This document shows, one piece after another, positions 1 through 12,127 of a stretch of 64,000 nt of DNA (position 1 is the first letter of the stretch; every line of letters begins with the position of its first letter). The DNA comes from Mesotaenium endlicherianum (taxonomy: Eukaryota): NCBI GenBank assembly GCA_009602735.1, contig WELA01003305.1, positions 27,621 to 91,620 of the forward strand, read 5' to 3'. The notes under the pieces are model-generated. The model saw only the letters and a program-made list of their open reading frames with translations, searched no databases and was not told the DNA's origin. The position numbers and the translations under genes are program-made.

Positions 1-437
1 CTGCCCTTTCCATCCCCTCCCCTCCCCTCCCCTCCCTCCAGTCCCCTTTCTCCTTCCTCCCCTTCCTAACCCCCTCGCCCGGGGGACACTTGTCGGTCAG
101 GAGACGCCCGGGCAGAGCATGACGCGGAGGGAACGGGGAAGAGGAGAACAACTTGGGATAAGAGGAAGTTGACTAGGGAAAACCCTCTACCCTGAAATCC
201 TCAACCCTAAATCAGGCAGCAGAAAGCCTCCCCTAAGTAAGCTCTTCCACCATGGAGGCAAAGCTGCCAGAGGGCTTTCGAAGGGTTTGGAGTTTTTAAC
301 CCTGGTTTAAGGTTCTGGTTTACCATTCAGGTTTTTGCCTTGAGGTATCGGGCTTCTGGTCCAGAGTCTGAGACCTGGGTTTTCCATACCCTGCAAGTCT
401 AGAGTTGAGGTTTAAGTTTAGGAAGGGGGGAGAAGGG

Positions 438-1395
438 NNNNNNNNNNNNNNNNNNNNNNNNNNNNNNNNNNNNNNNNNNNNNNNNNNNNNNNNNNNNNNN
501 NNNNNNNNNNNNNNNNNNNNNNNNNNNNNNNNNNNNNNNNNNNNNNNNNNNNNNNNNNNNNNNNNNNNNNNNNNNNNNNNNNNNNNNNNNNNNNNNNNNN
601 NNNNNNNNNNNNNNNNNNNNNNNNNNNNNNNNNNNNNNNNNNNNNNNNNNNNNNNNNNNNNNNNNNNNNNNNNNNNNNNNNNNNNNNNNNNNNNNNNNNN
701 NNNNNNNNNNNNNNNNNNNNNNNNNNNNNNNNNNNNNNNNNNNNNNNNNNNNNNNNNNNNNNNNNNNNNNNNNNNNNNNNNNNNNNNNNNNNNNNNNNNN
801 NNNNNNNNNNNNNNNNNNNNNNNNNNNNNNNNNNNNNNNNNNNNNNNNNNNNNNNNNNNNNNNNNNNNNNNNNNNNNNNNNNNNNNNNNNNNNNNNNNNN
901 NNNNNNNNNNNNNNNNNNNNNNNNNNNNNNNNNNNNNNNNNNNNNNNNNNNNNNNNNNNNNNNNNNNNNNNNNNNNNNNNNNNNNNNNNNNNNNNNNNNN
1001 NNNNNNNNNNNNNNNNNNNNNNNNNNNNNNNNNNNNNNNNNNNNNNNNNNNNNNNNNNNNNNNNNNNNNNNNNNNNNNNNNNNNNNNNNNNNNNNNNNNN
1101 NNNNNNNNNNNNNNNNNNNNNNNNNNNNNNNNNNNNNNNNNNNNNNNNNNNNNNNNNNNNNNNNNNNNNNNNNNNNNNNNNNNNNNNNNNNNNNNNNNNN
1201 NNNNNNNNNNNNNNNNNNNNNNNNNNNNNNNNNNNNNNNNNNNNNNNNNNNNNNNNNNNNNNNNNNNNNNNNNNNNNNNNNNNNNNNNNNNNNNNNNNNN
1301 NNNNNNNNNNNNNNNNNNNNNNNNNNNNNNNNNNNNNNNNNNNNNNNNNNNNNNNNNNNNNNNNNNNNNNNNNNNNNNNNNNNNNNNNNNNNNNN
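438..1395. other. Assembly gap (N run); further gaps at 3051-3348, 17847-18096, 34049-34432, 35060-35142 and a single N at 12128
   Basis: Runs of N, usually flanked by poly-G/poly-C tracts. Confidence 0.99.
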
Positions 1396-1736
1396 NGGGG
1401 GGGGGAGTTGGTAGGGGGGGGGAAGCAGCAGCTAGGAGGAGGAAGACAAGCCCACGGCGGAGGCAAGGGTAAGGGAGGCAGAGAGAGAGGGAGAGGAGAA
1501 ACAGTGGGCGGTATAACGCACACGCACACACGCACCCTTGCGCAAGGGCATGCACGCGCGAACGCACAAGACCGCTCGCACAAATGCACACAGGCACAAG
1601 CAGGCGCATGCGCGTGCGCGTGCGTGCATGCAGACAGGCATATGCGTGCAGAGGAGGAGGGGTGGAAGGGAGGGGAGGGAGGGGGAGGAGGAAGGGGCAA
1701 TGCATGCTCGTGTGCAAGCGGCAGCACGCATGCACG

Positions 1737-1776
<40 letters not shown>

Positions 1777-1909
1777 CGGGCACTTGCATACACACGCAAA
1801 CACAGCCACACGCACACACACACCTGCGCACGCAGACACGCACGCACGCGGACACACTGGCACGCTTGCACGCGCACGCACGCGCACGCACGCAAACACG
1901 CACACACAC

Positions 1910-4332
1910 CTGGAAGACCTCCAGGGCACCGGCGCTGGCCTTGCTGACGAGCGCGGAGAGCGGCGCCGAGTTCTTCGCGCACACCACCACCCCCTCCGCG
2001 CCGAGATATAGCGCTGACCTCAGCACGGCCCCCAGGTTCATGGGGTCCACCACCTCATCCAACGCCACCCACACAGGTGGCGGCGCCTCCTGCGGTCCCC
2101 CGGCGGCGGCGCGGCGGGGGAGGAGGTCGCGATACGCCGGGGAGGCGACAGGTGGCAGCGCATCGACGTCCTCGAGCGCCAGCTGGGACGCGTCCAGCAC
2201 CAGGCCCTGGTGGGGCCGGTTGTCCGACACCAGGTTGAGCTCGTGCTTGCTCGCCGCCCGGACTTCCACGCCAGCTGTCGCCGCCTGGTCCAGCAGCGCC
2301 TGAACCGCCCTCTTGTCCTTCCTCTTGCCCTTCGCCAGCCCCTCCTGCAACCCCTCCTGCACGTAGAGCGCGTGGATCTCGCGCCGCCCGGCCAGGAGGG
2401 CCCCGCCGACAGGCGCCACCCCCCACACAGCCTCGCCCTTCAGTTGGGGCGCCGCCAGCTGTCCGCCGGCATGCTCCCCCGCCGCTGACCATGACGTACG
2501 CCGTCGAAACTCCCCCTCTCCCTCACCCTCACTCTCGCCCCCCCAATCGTCCTCCGCCTCCTCGTTAAACTCTCCCTTCCCGGCCCTCTCCCCGCCCCAC
2601 CTCTGGGCCCGGTACCCCCCCGTGTGCCAGCCGCCGCCACCTGTCGCATCCCCCTCCCTTGCGGGCCTGAACTTGTCCTTGACGTTCCGGGGGGGCCCGC
2701 CTGGGGGGGGGCCATCGCCTCTTCCTCCAAAGCGGCCCATCCCTCCCTCGTCTCTCCTCTCGCCTCTCTCGCCTCTCAATCCCCCCTCCCCACTTGGGCC
2801 TGTCCTTAGGCTCTGGCTCGAGCGCTGGCTCGCACGGTCAGCATTCCACTCCTTAAAGCCCTCCATATCCCCCTCATACCCCACACCCGCCCCCCCGCCT
2901 GCCGCCCCCCTGGAGGGCCTAGTGGGCGGCGGCGGTGGGCTTCTGTCAAATTCCCCCCTGCCCCCCCTACCACCCCCCCGGCCCTGGCTTGTCAATCCGC
3001 CCCTCCTTCCTCCGGCCCTGCCCCTCTCCTCCCCGCCTCTCCCGCCGCCCNNNNNNNNNNNNNNNNNNNNNNNNNNNNNNNNNNNNNNNNNNNNNNNNNN
3101 NNNNNNNNNNNNNNNNNNNNNNNNNNNNNNNNNNNNNNNNNNNNNNNNNNNNNNNNNNNNNNNNNNNNNNNNNNNNNNNNNNNNNNNNNNNNNNNNNNNN
3201 NNNNNNNNNNNNNNNNNNNNNNNNNNNNNNNNNNNNNNNNNNNNNNNNNNNNNNNNNNNNNNNNNNNNNNNNNNNNNNNNNNNNNNNNNNNNNNNNNNNN
3301 NNNNNNNNNNNNNNNNNNNNNNNNNNNNNNNNNNNNNNNNNNNNNNNCCTACCTCCCCTGCCTCCTCTGCCTCCCCGGCCCCCTCTGAAGTCCCCTCCTT
3401 CCCTCCTTTCTCGGGGTTGTCGATCCCCACCCCATCCGCCCCCTCCTTCAGACGCTGCTGCTCTAGACGAGCCCCTCCTCTCCCAGGGGGCAGCATTGCG
3501 CCCACTCCCCCCGCCTCTCCCTCTGTCTCCCCTGCCTCTCCCGCCTCTGCCGCCCCCTCGGCCTCTCCCACGTCCACTCTGAAAGAGCCTCGTCTGCTGC
3601 CCCAGAAGCTGCCAGCTGGCGCCAGCTGACAGGGGGCTGAAGATTTCCGGGCTGAGAGCTCCTGTGCGTCCTAAAAGCAGGAGCGGATGGAATGGGTAGT
3701 CGAGATTGCTTGCCAAGCGTGTGGATCTGTCTGGAGCGGACAAGTGGAGGGCTCTGGCTCTGACACTACCACCAGCCAAGCCGAGCTGGGCAGCTATCCC
3801 CAGGTTCATATGGGGTAGCCTTCCGCTCATGACTGCAGCCATACTTGTTGTTGAGGCGCAAGGAGCAGTCACGAGGGCCCTTGCCCCCCCACTAAATCTG
3901 TTCGTCCATGGGACCTGAAATTTTGACAGTTCAATAATAGCGGTCTTACTACTCAGCTTTCATATATTATTTACGTGCCATCATAATTCGTGGCCCAAAA
4001 ATATCAAAATCAGGCGGCAAGCAAATTGCAATGAGTGTCAAAGGTATAAGGGACCCGCGACAGTAGACAGATTCTTCAACAACTAAAACAATGCACTTCT
4101 TCCCACTGAAGATACTGTGAAGTACAAAAATGCACGGTGTATTGGCTGTACTCCGTTTAAGCAGGAAGAACAAGTTAGAGGACAGGGAAATCACTTGGTT
4201 GTTGAGACAATATGCTGCCTGTCTTGCGCAAGCCCCGGCCAGGCCTCGTGTGCCAGTACTGGGAGGCAGCATATGTACAAGATACGTGGCAGAAGCACGC
4301 CAGCTGGTTGCCATGGCACTCAGAGCGGCCAT
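1910..4332 (-). CDS. MRM1: SpoU/TrmH-family rRNA 2'-O-methyltransferase (MRM1/RlmB-like) with long RGG-rich N-terminus; partial, 3' exons lie in the gap or outside the window
   Basis: Exon 1 4332-4195 (MAALSAM...NNQ|GTGATT). Exon 2 3914-1910 (tttcag|VPWT...; ends EVFQ|GTGTGT) and spans the N gap 3051-3348. Motifs: GEAVWGVAPV..AL...RR, KHELNLVSDNRPHQGLVLD (substrate-binding domain) and VALDEVVDPMNLGAVLRSA..LGA..V...KNSAPLSALVSKASAGALE (SpoU motif 1). Confidence 0.85.
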
Positions 4333-5506
4333 AAAAGTCACCCTCCTCTAAGTATTATACCCGAAATAGAGTAAGTAAATAAAGAAAAACGCTTACGCCA
4401 TGTGGTATGAAGAATCAAAGCACGTGTCTGGCGGGCAGAGGGTATGTAAGAGTTTGCATGTCAAGTAAAGCACGACCTAGAGCATGAAACTTCACTTCGT
4501 TAACTAGCTAATCAGCTTGAGAGACAATTTGCAGCTCGGAACGTCCTTTGACGTCTATGTGTTGCGGACACTGGCGGGCACTAGCTGCTCAGCACTGCTG
4601 CAGGAACGGGCGTCAGGATCCAGGTACGCGAAAATGTGCGGATGTTTGTGGAGGGCAGTACGAGGGAACTACATATGAAGGTTTTGACGGGCGCCTGTTA
4701 AATATCTCCGAAACCCTGACGAGCCACGAAACAGGACCCTCTGTTTCTATGCGCCACGCTGGCATGCCATCGACTACCAATATCTCGTCGGAGGTCGAAC
4801 TAGAGCGCGCGTTTTATTTGGTTATATTTGGTTATATTAGCCCCAGTCGGGGGAAAGTCGGGCGAGTTTGAGAGCATACTCAAAGTCAATGACGTCAAAG
4901 CCGGAGAAAGGGTCCGCTTCTGTCCGCTTCTATCTGATTCAGCTCGGAGCTGGAGGATGCCAGAGGAAGCCGGAGGAAGAAGCAGAACTGGGCATATTTA
5001 TTGCAACATGTTGCCTTTCCTCCACATTCTATGCAGATTTAAAACCAATCACACTGCAGATGAGCATACTCAGGGCACATTGTTGAACTTTGATTGACCT
5101 CAACGTTTGGCGTCTAACGTCTGAGCCAGTCTGACCGAGTCTGAGGCTACGCTCACAAGTCAATCGGTTTGGACTTCAGTCCAGTCTAGGTCAATGCAAG
5201 CAAATGCGATCTCATGTGATCGCATGTTGTCCATCGACTCCCGAGTCCGCCCGGTCCCATGCACTGTTCAACACATACTCGCACTCCGAAACGAAAATTT
5301 TCGAAAAAAAACGTATCGGAGCGCGAGTATGTGTTGCTATGCCACACTGAAGTAGAGAGCTTTACTGTGGTCACTGATGAATGAGAGCGTAAACCATCTG
5401 CAGAGATAGGCTCAGCCATGAAAGATCATATGTAGTATATGTGAGATACTGTGCTGGTGTCAAATTTTCGGAGGAGTGTGCAAGAGGCTATATATTCTCA
5501 GGAATA

Positions 5507-6302
5507 ATGGCTGCTGTTACTCTCTCCCTGAATCGCCATGTAGCACAATCCTGCAGTGAGAGATTGAGCATTTTGTTAACAATATCCGATGCTACAGTAA
5601 ATACCGATTATGTCATCAAAGGACACCGTCGGTGCAATGCGGTCTGGCCCCGACCACGTATCAATCAGTCTATGAAATCACTTCGGCAAACAGAGGGGCT
5701 AAAGGGAAGATTGAAGGAATCTTCCTGCGAGGGAGCTCTTACCTCTGTCGTTTTTCGGGCCACACAGCTGAAGGAAAGATTTACCCTAATGTCTAAGAAT
5801 GTAGAGCAATGCAAGTTTGTTCCCTGGTCTTCAAACTCCAATGCAGTGGCATTGACTGAGGAGGGGAGTCAATTTTTCCCCAGCTCATCGACAGAGGCTA
5901 ACGAGCAGCTCCTTCATGCACAAAGGATACCTGATGAGAGGTTCTCAAAGGAGGATTTTGAGGCCTTTCTGCTCAAAATGCAAGAGCAGATATGTCGCGA
6001 GGTATACATAACCCTCTGCTGGAAAACTTTGAAACCCAAAACCCGAGCACGCCCAGTTCTGTGCTTGCATTTCTTGTGTGCCCTTCGCCCCACTCGGTGT
6101 TGAAGCTCTGAGGCGCCTAACTGCCATCTGCATTGCTTGCCATGTCATGCCACTCCCTGCCACTTGGCAACTCCCACCAACATAGTCATAGACGCGGCAT
6201 GCCGCTCCTTGGCAATTGTTGCACCCATCAATATTATGCGCGACGTCGTGCCATTCCTTGCCACATGGCAGCCCTACTTGCATGGACTTGAGTCAAAATA
6301 TA

Positions 6303-6362
<60 letters not shown>

Positions 6363-9300
6363 ATATACACGTCATATTGGTGCACATGCTAATATGCAGC
6401 CCCACATGGCCCTGATGGTGGTGGTGCCTAGCCTTCTGCAATCACAGACAGATAGGTTGACGCTTGGTGATGAGGGAGGCAGGCGGCAGAGGCTGACGGG
6501 AGCGGGAAGGAGTTTGGGACCGACAAGTGGCAGCGTGGCGAGGATCCCTCCAGTGGGTAGCCTCCTCAGTCACCTCCTGCTCCTCCTCCTGCTGATCCTC
6601 CTCCTGCTCCTCCTGCTGCTCTTCCTGCCCGTGCCCGTGCTCCTGCTCCTACTACCCCACCTGCCCCTCCCTCCAGTTCCTCTCTTTTGTGCTTTACCTG
6701 CTCTTGCCCCTGCTCCTGCTCCTGCTGTTCCTGCTGCCCATGCTCCTGCTCCTGCTCCTGCTCCTGCTGCTCCTGCTGCTCCTCCTGCTGCTCCTCCCGT
6801 TCCTGCTCCTGCTTATGCTCCTCCTGCCCCTCCCCCTCCTGCCCCATGAGCTCGTCCTCCTGCTGCTCCTCCTGCTCCTGCTGCCCGTCCTCCTGCTCCT
6901 GCTGCTCCTTCACCTGTTGCTCCTCCTGCTTCTGCTGCTTCTGCTGCTCCTGCTCCTGCTGCTCCAGCCTTTGCATCTTACAACGCCGTACTCAGTTGCA
7001 CATATGGTTGTTGTCTTCTGGACAAGCTTCTTAGGTGCCCGTTTTAGCAGATGTCTACTTCTTGCAATTTTCTTTTCTTGCCATATCCTGTAAATCAATA
7101 TGTCTATGCTCGTTTGATTGGTAAATATCCATCGTACCCTCCCCTGAGCTTATCTAGTTTAGACGTGCTGTGAACCCTCGTATGCGCACGTTACTTGTAG
7201 GTTGCTTTTTATGCCTATCAACTTTCTGCTGTACGTTTCCTAGTTACACATCTATTCATATAATTTTGATTTTAAAATGTATTCGGTAATCTACTTATCC
7301 CTTCATGTACGTATTTCTTTTGTGTATCTGTTGACTGAGGCTGTCAACTTCTCTCTCTCCCTCTTGATTTCGTTCCGGAGTGGGCCTCTGGAGTGATGTC
7401 ATCATCACGCACGTAGTCCCTAGAGTGCAGCGTCGCGTCCTGCCGGAGAAGGCAGCCGCCCCATGTGACTTGCTGATTGCTCAGTCACTAAATCTTTCTA
7501 CTCCCTCATTGTAGTCTGACATTGGTTTTCTGATAATCAATTTAGTCGCGAGGCTCCCCGGGAGCTCCGCAGGTACGGCATCACACGCGTAGTCCCTAGA
7601 GGGCGACGTTCACTTTTTATTCTCGGATAATTAATCTGAATTGCAGGGGTTTCCTGGGATTTCCTGGGGAGCGCCGCAGGTACGGCATCACGCGTGTGGT
7701 CACTTATTATAAATATTGTTTCCGATGATCGATTTAATCGCGGGGTTTCCTGGGAGCTCTGCAGGTACGGCATCACGCGCGTGCTGGAGGGGGGCGACTT
7801 GCTGGAGAAGGCGGCCGCCAACGTGTCCATTGTGCGCGGCCACCTCTCCGAGACGCGCGCCAAGGTGTGTGTCTCTCTCGCCTCCTCCCTATTCCTGCTC
7901 CCTCCTCCGCCTCTTCCTCCCCCTCCTCCTCCTTTCCTGCTCCTCCTGCTCCTCTTGCTCCTGCTGCCCCTGCTCCTGCTCCTCCTGCTGCTCCTGCTTC
8001 TGCTGTTGCTCCTTCGTCTCCCCCTCGTCCCTCACCCTGGGTGCGCCCCCCCTCGTCTCTCTCCCTGGGTGTGTCTCCTGCTCCTCCTCTCCGTCTTCTC
8101 CTTTCCTCTCCTTGCCTCCACTTCTTCCTCATGCTCCTCTCTCCTATCCCGCTCTTCCTCTCTCCCCTCTCCTCTTTCCTGTCCCATGTTGACGACGTCA
8201 ACCTTTCTCAGTCAGCTCCCCATTCCTTCTCCCCAACTTCAAACGCATCTGTCAAGCCGAGTCCATTGCGCGTCGCTGCTGTGCGTGCGCGCGCGTGCGT
8301 GCATGCCTTTGCGTGCACGCATGCGGGTGTCCTTGCGGGCAGGCGATGAGCGCAAGGGGGAGGGGCGTGGAGGCGGGCGCCACCTACTTTGCGGGGGCGC
8401 TGTCGCTCGTCTTCCACACGCGCCACCCGCACGTGCCCACCTTCCGCTCCGACGTGCGCTACTTCGAGGTCCGCCCTCCATCTGGTACCCTAAAGCCCAT
8501 AAACCCAAAATCCTGCATTTGCACGCATGTGCCCACCTTCCGCTCTCACGTGCGGTACTTCGAGGTCCGTCCTCCATCCCCCAGCTGCGTATCTGATACT
8601 CCAAGGCTCATGATCCTAAAACCTTAAACCTGCACCTGCTTGCATGGGTCCACGTTCGGCTCCGGCGTCCGTTACTTGGAGTTTCCGCGCGCCGTCGCTC
8701 TGGAACGTCTAAAACCTTAAACCTCTAAAGCCTAAACCGTGAATCTGCCCGCGCGTGCCCACACTTTGTTCCGACCAGGGCTACTCCGCAGCCCACCCGT
8801 CCCTCTCCTTTGCACTTCTTTCGTGCTTCTTCTGTTCGCGCGCTCGTCTCCCCTTTGCCCCTGAGCTTTCTCTAAGCTCTCCACCTCCACCCTGCGTTTG
8901 GAAACCCTCAGCCTTTCAATGCAAGCTTACTACGCGCTGAGAAATGTCAACTCGTCCGTGCGCGCAACTTGCAAGGCATTTGCCGTCGTTGATTGTGTCT
9001 CCTCTCTCTCAGCCACGGTCCCGGACCTCTAGTAGCACGCGCACGAGCTACTCAGGCCTCAAACACCTGAACCCGAGGATTGCAGAAGATAGACTCAGAT
9101 TCTTTCCGTTAAACCCTAGCTCCCACGAGCCTTTGGGATTTGGACCTCCCTCCTTGAGCAAACTCCGGCGGGCGAGGCTGCACCCAACCCAAGCGCCCTG
9201 TAGGGGCGTAAGAACCTGAGTCCCAAAGTCCGCTTCTAGCCCCTCACCCGAAACCTTGCCGCAGACGTGTGGCTGCGGCTGGCTGTGCCCCTCACAAACT

Positions 9301-12033
9301 CCCCTCCTTCAAACCCCCTTCCCCCCTGCTCCCTCCCCCTCCTCCCTGCCCCCCCCTTTTCCGGCCGCAAAAACATGCGGGTGCGATGCGGGACGCCCTC
9401 AAAAAGAAGTAGACGTGTGCTTGTATGCGTGTGCGTATGTGTGCGTGCGTTCGTGCGTGCACGCGTTCTCGCAGCCGTTCGGTCCTCTCCACGCTAAGCT
9501 GACACTTGGCGCGTGCGCGCGATGGTCGGCAGATGCCACGGCGGCCAGTGAGCAAGAAGGGAGCCACCCTCTCCAGCTGCTTCCCCCTCTTCTCTAGGAT
9601 TTGGGTCTAGACAAAGATAGCGTGCCACTTCTTCCACTCCCTTCCCCACCCCCCTCCCCCCTCCTCCCTCTTCCATTCCTGCTCAACCCTCCCCCCTCCC
9701 CCAGGCCACACCTTTCCCCTCTCCTCCCATCTGGCCCTCTCCGGATCCTGCGCAGCCCCCAAAGGAGATCTGTGTCAGAGCTTCTCTGATGTGGCGTGGG
9801 GCTTGTGGGACAGGTGGAGGGCCAGCAGGGGTGGTTTGGTGGAGGGGCCGACCTCACCCCCAACTGTATGCTGCCAAACCCCCTGAAGTGCTAAACCCCG
9901 AAATCGCTACCCGAAACTCGACCCCCAAGCCCCGAGTGCCAATTTCCACTGCAAAACCCAACTTAAAGCCCAACCCAAAGCCCAACCTGGAGCCCCACCC
10001 AAACCTTGACACATTAATTCCAGCCTGAAGCTTTCTGGCATTGTATCGCCCTCCACTCCTGGACCTGTCTGCACGCACTCCGGCGAAGCTCGACCTGTTG
10101 CCAAAGAGTTGACCCCCCTCCTCCCTCCTTCTACTACTGCGTGCCCCATTTATGTCTCTTAGTATGTGCCTGCCCCCTAAGCGAGTGCTTATGGATGCAT
10201 GCATGCATCCACAGTTGTAGTGTGCTTTGTAATGGCCCGCTCTCCTAATGTTCTTTCTACGCCATCAAAAGACTGTGGTCCCCCCTGGGTGCCCGAGCAT
10301 GCATGCATCCCTGTCAGCACTAAACTAGTGCCATGTCAGTACTCGATGAGTGGGCATGCCAACAAGCCAATGCTACTTTGCAGCCGCCCACCACCAACGC
10401 AGCCGCAGGCACCGCCGCATCCTCTGCAAGCGGCTTCCCTCTCCCCTCTCGTATCCTGTTTTCTTACAAGTTACTGCCCAATTGACACCTGTCCGTTCAC
10501 CCTTGCCACTCACGAACATGGAGAAAAGAGATATTGCCTATCTGAGAATCTCGCCAAGGCGTGAGCGGGCGACCCGGCGGTGTCGGGCGGATGGGCGGCG
10601 GGCGGCAGACCTGAACGAGGAGGACGCGCGCACGTTCCACGCGTTCTACCGGCGCATCTGCGACGCGTACGAGCCCTCGCTGTACGCCAGGTGTAAGGCC
10701 CTGTGCGACCGCTACTTCTACATTCCCTCGCGCAAGGAGCACCGCGGCATCGGCGGCATCTTCTTCGACGACCTCTCCTCCTTCTCCTCCTCCGAGGGGG
10801 GGGGCAACATGGGCGGCGCGGGCAATGCCGGCGGGGCAGGCAATGGTGCCAACTTGCCAATCTGCCACGCGTCGACAGGTGGCAATACCTCCTCCGCCTC
10901 TTCCTCCTCCTTGGGCGACGAGGAGAGAGAGGGCGGCCAAGGCGACGTGGGCGCGGGGGGCGAAGCGGCGGTGCCTGGTGGCGGCGGCCTTGACAGAGCG
11001 TACGCGTTCGTGCGCCAGGTGGCGCAGGGGTTCATGCCGAGCTTCCTGCCCATGGCCGCCGCGCGGCGGGAGATGGCGTACGGCGAGAGGGAGCGGCAGT
11101 GGCAGCTGGTGCGGCGCGGCCGTTACCTGGAGTTCAACCTGCTGTACGACCGCGGCGTGCGCTTTGGGCTCGACGGCGGCCGCGTGGAGTCCATCATGGT
11201 GTCCGGTAAGCCTGTGACTCCCTGTTGACCTGTGACCAAGTTGACCCGAGTTGACCTGTGTTGATCCCGTAGACCCGTGTTGACCTATGTCAGCCCCACA
11301 TTGGGTCGTGTTTGACCATTGCTGCCTTTGTCGACTAGGGTCCAGGATTCACTGACGTTGACTTTTCGACCTTGGAGCTTATTTGCATTGACTATGCTGA
11401 CCCTAAGAGTCGTGAGTTGACTGTTGTTGACTGTCGATTGACTGATGCTTGTAAGCTGTTGACCCCCCAATGACCTGGAGTTTCCACTGGAGCTTCTACA
11501 GCATTCCCCGGGGGTCCTTGAGCAATGTGTCTCCCGCCTGCTTCTTGGCAATTGGCCAAGCGCGCGTGTGACATATTTGAGATGCTCGGCCTCTTCCATC
11601 ACCCAAAACTTGAAAGCAAAGTGGCATGAAGCGTCTTGATGGGCAAGGACGGAGAGCTGAAGAGCGTGTCTTTCTCAGGTTGAAGACTGTGTCTATGCAT
11701 TCTGGCCTGCAAAAAGGGACTTAAAGGGGGTGTAGACCACAAGTGCCTCAAGATGTGGGACGTGCATGATGTGGAATTTCACAAAAGTGGCAACATCCTG
11801 CTCTTGAGGGCTGTTTCCTCACAACCTCTGTAGAGTGAGTACCCTCATTGCATAGCAACGCAGAGAGGCCTCTTGTTTCGGAGTAGTTTCTACCCCCATC
11901 TCGCGTCAAGTTGTGGGTACCCCAATGTACCAATCGTAGCTTAGCTTGAGCCTCCATGCTCTTGATGTGGACATTTGTGGTCGGCGGCCGCGAGATCTGG
12001 AAGGAAGCATCGGCACCACTGCCAGTCCATGGA

Positions 12034-12127
<94 letters not shown>

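Noticed and set aside
320..3577. 1085-aa ORF as a single protein
   Set aside because: It spans two N gaps and reads through an intron after 1910; only about 1910-3050 is in the true frame.
6394..7093. Poly-Gln/Glu, poly-Leu and Cys/Ser ORFs (metallothionein-like or coiled-coil look-alikes)
   Set aside because: These are translations of an intronic CTG/CTC simple repeat.
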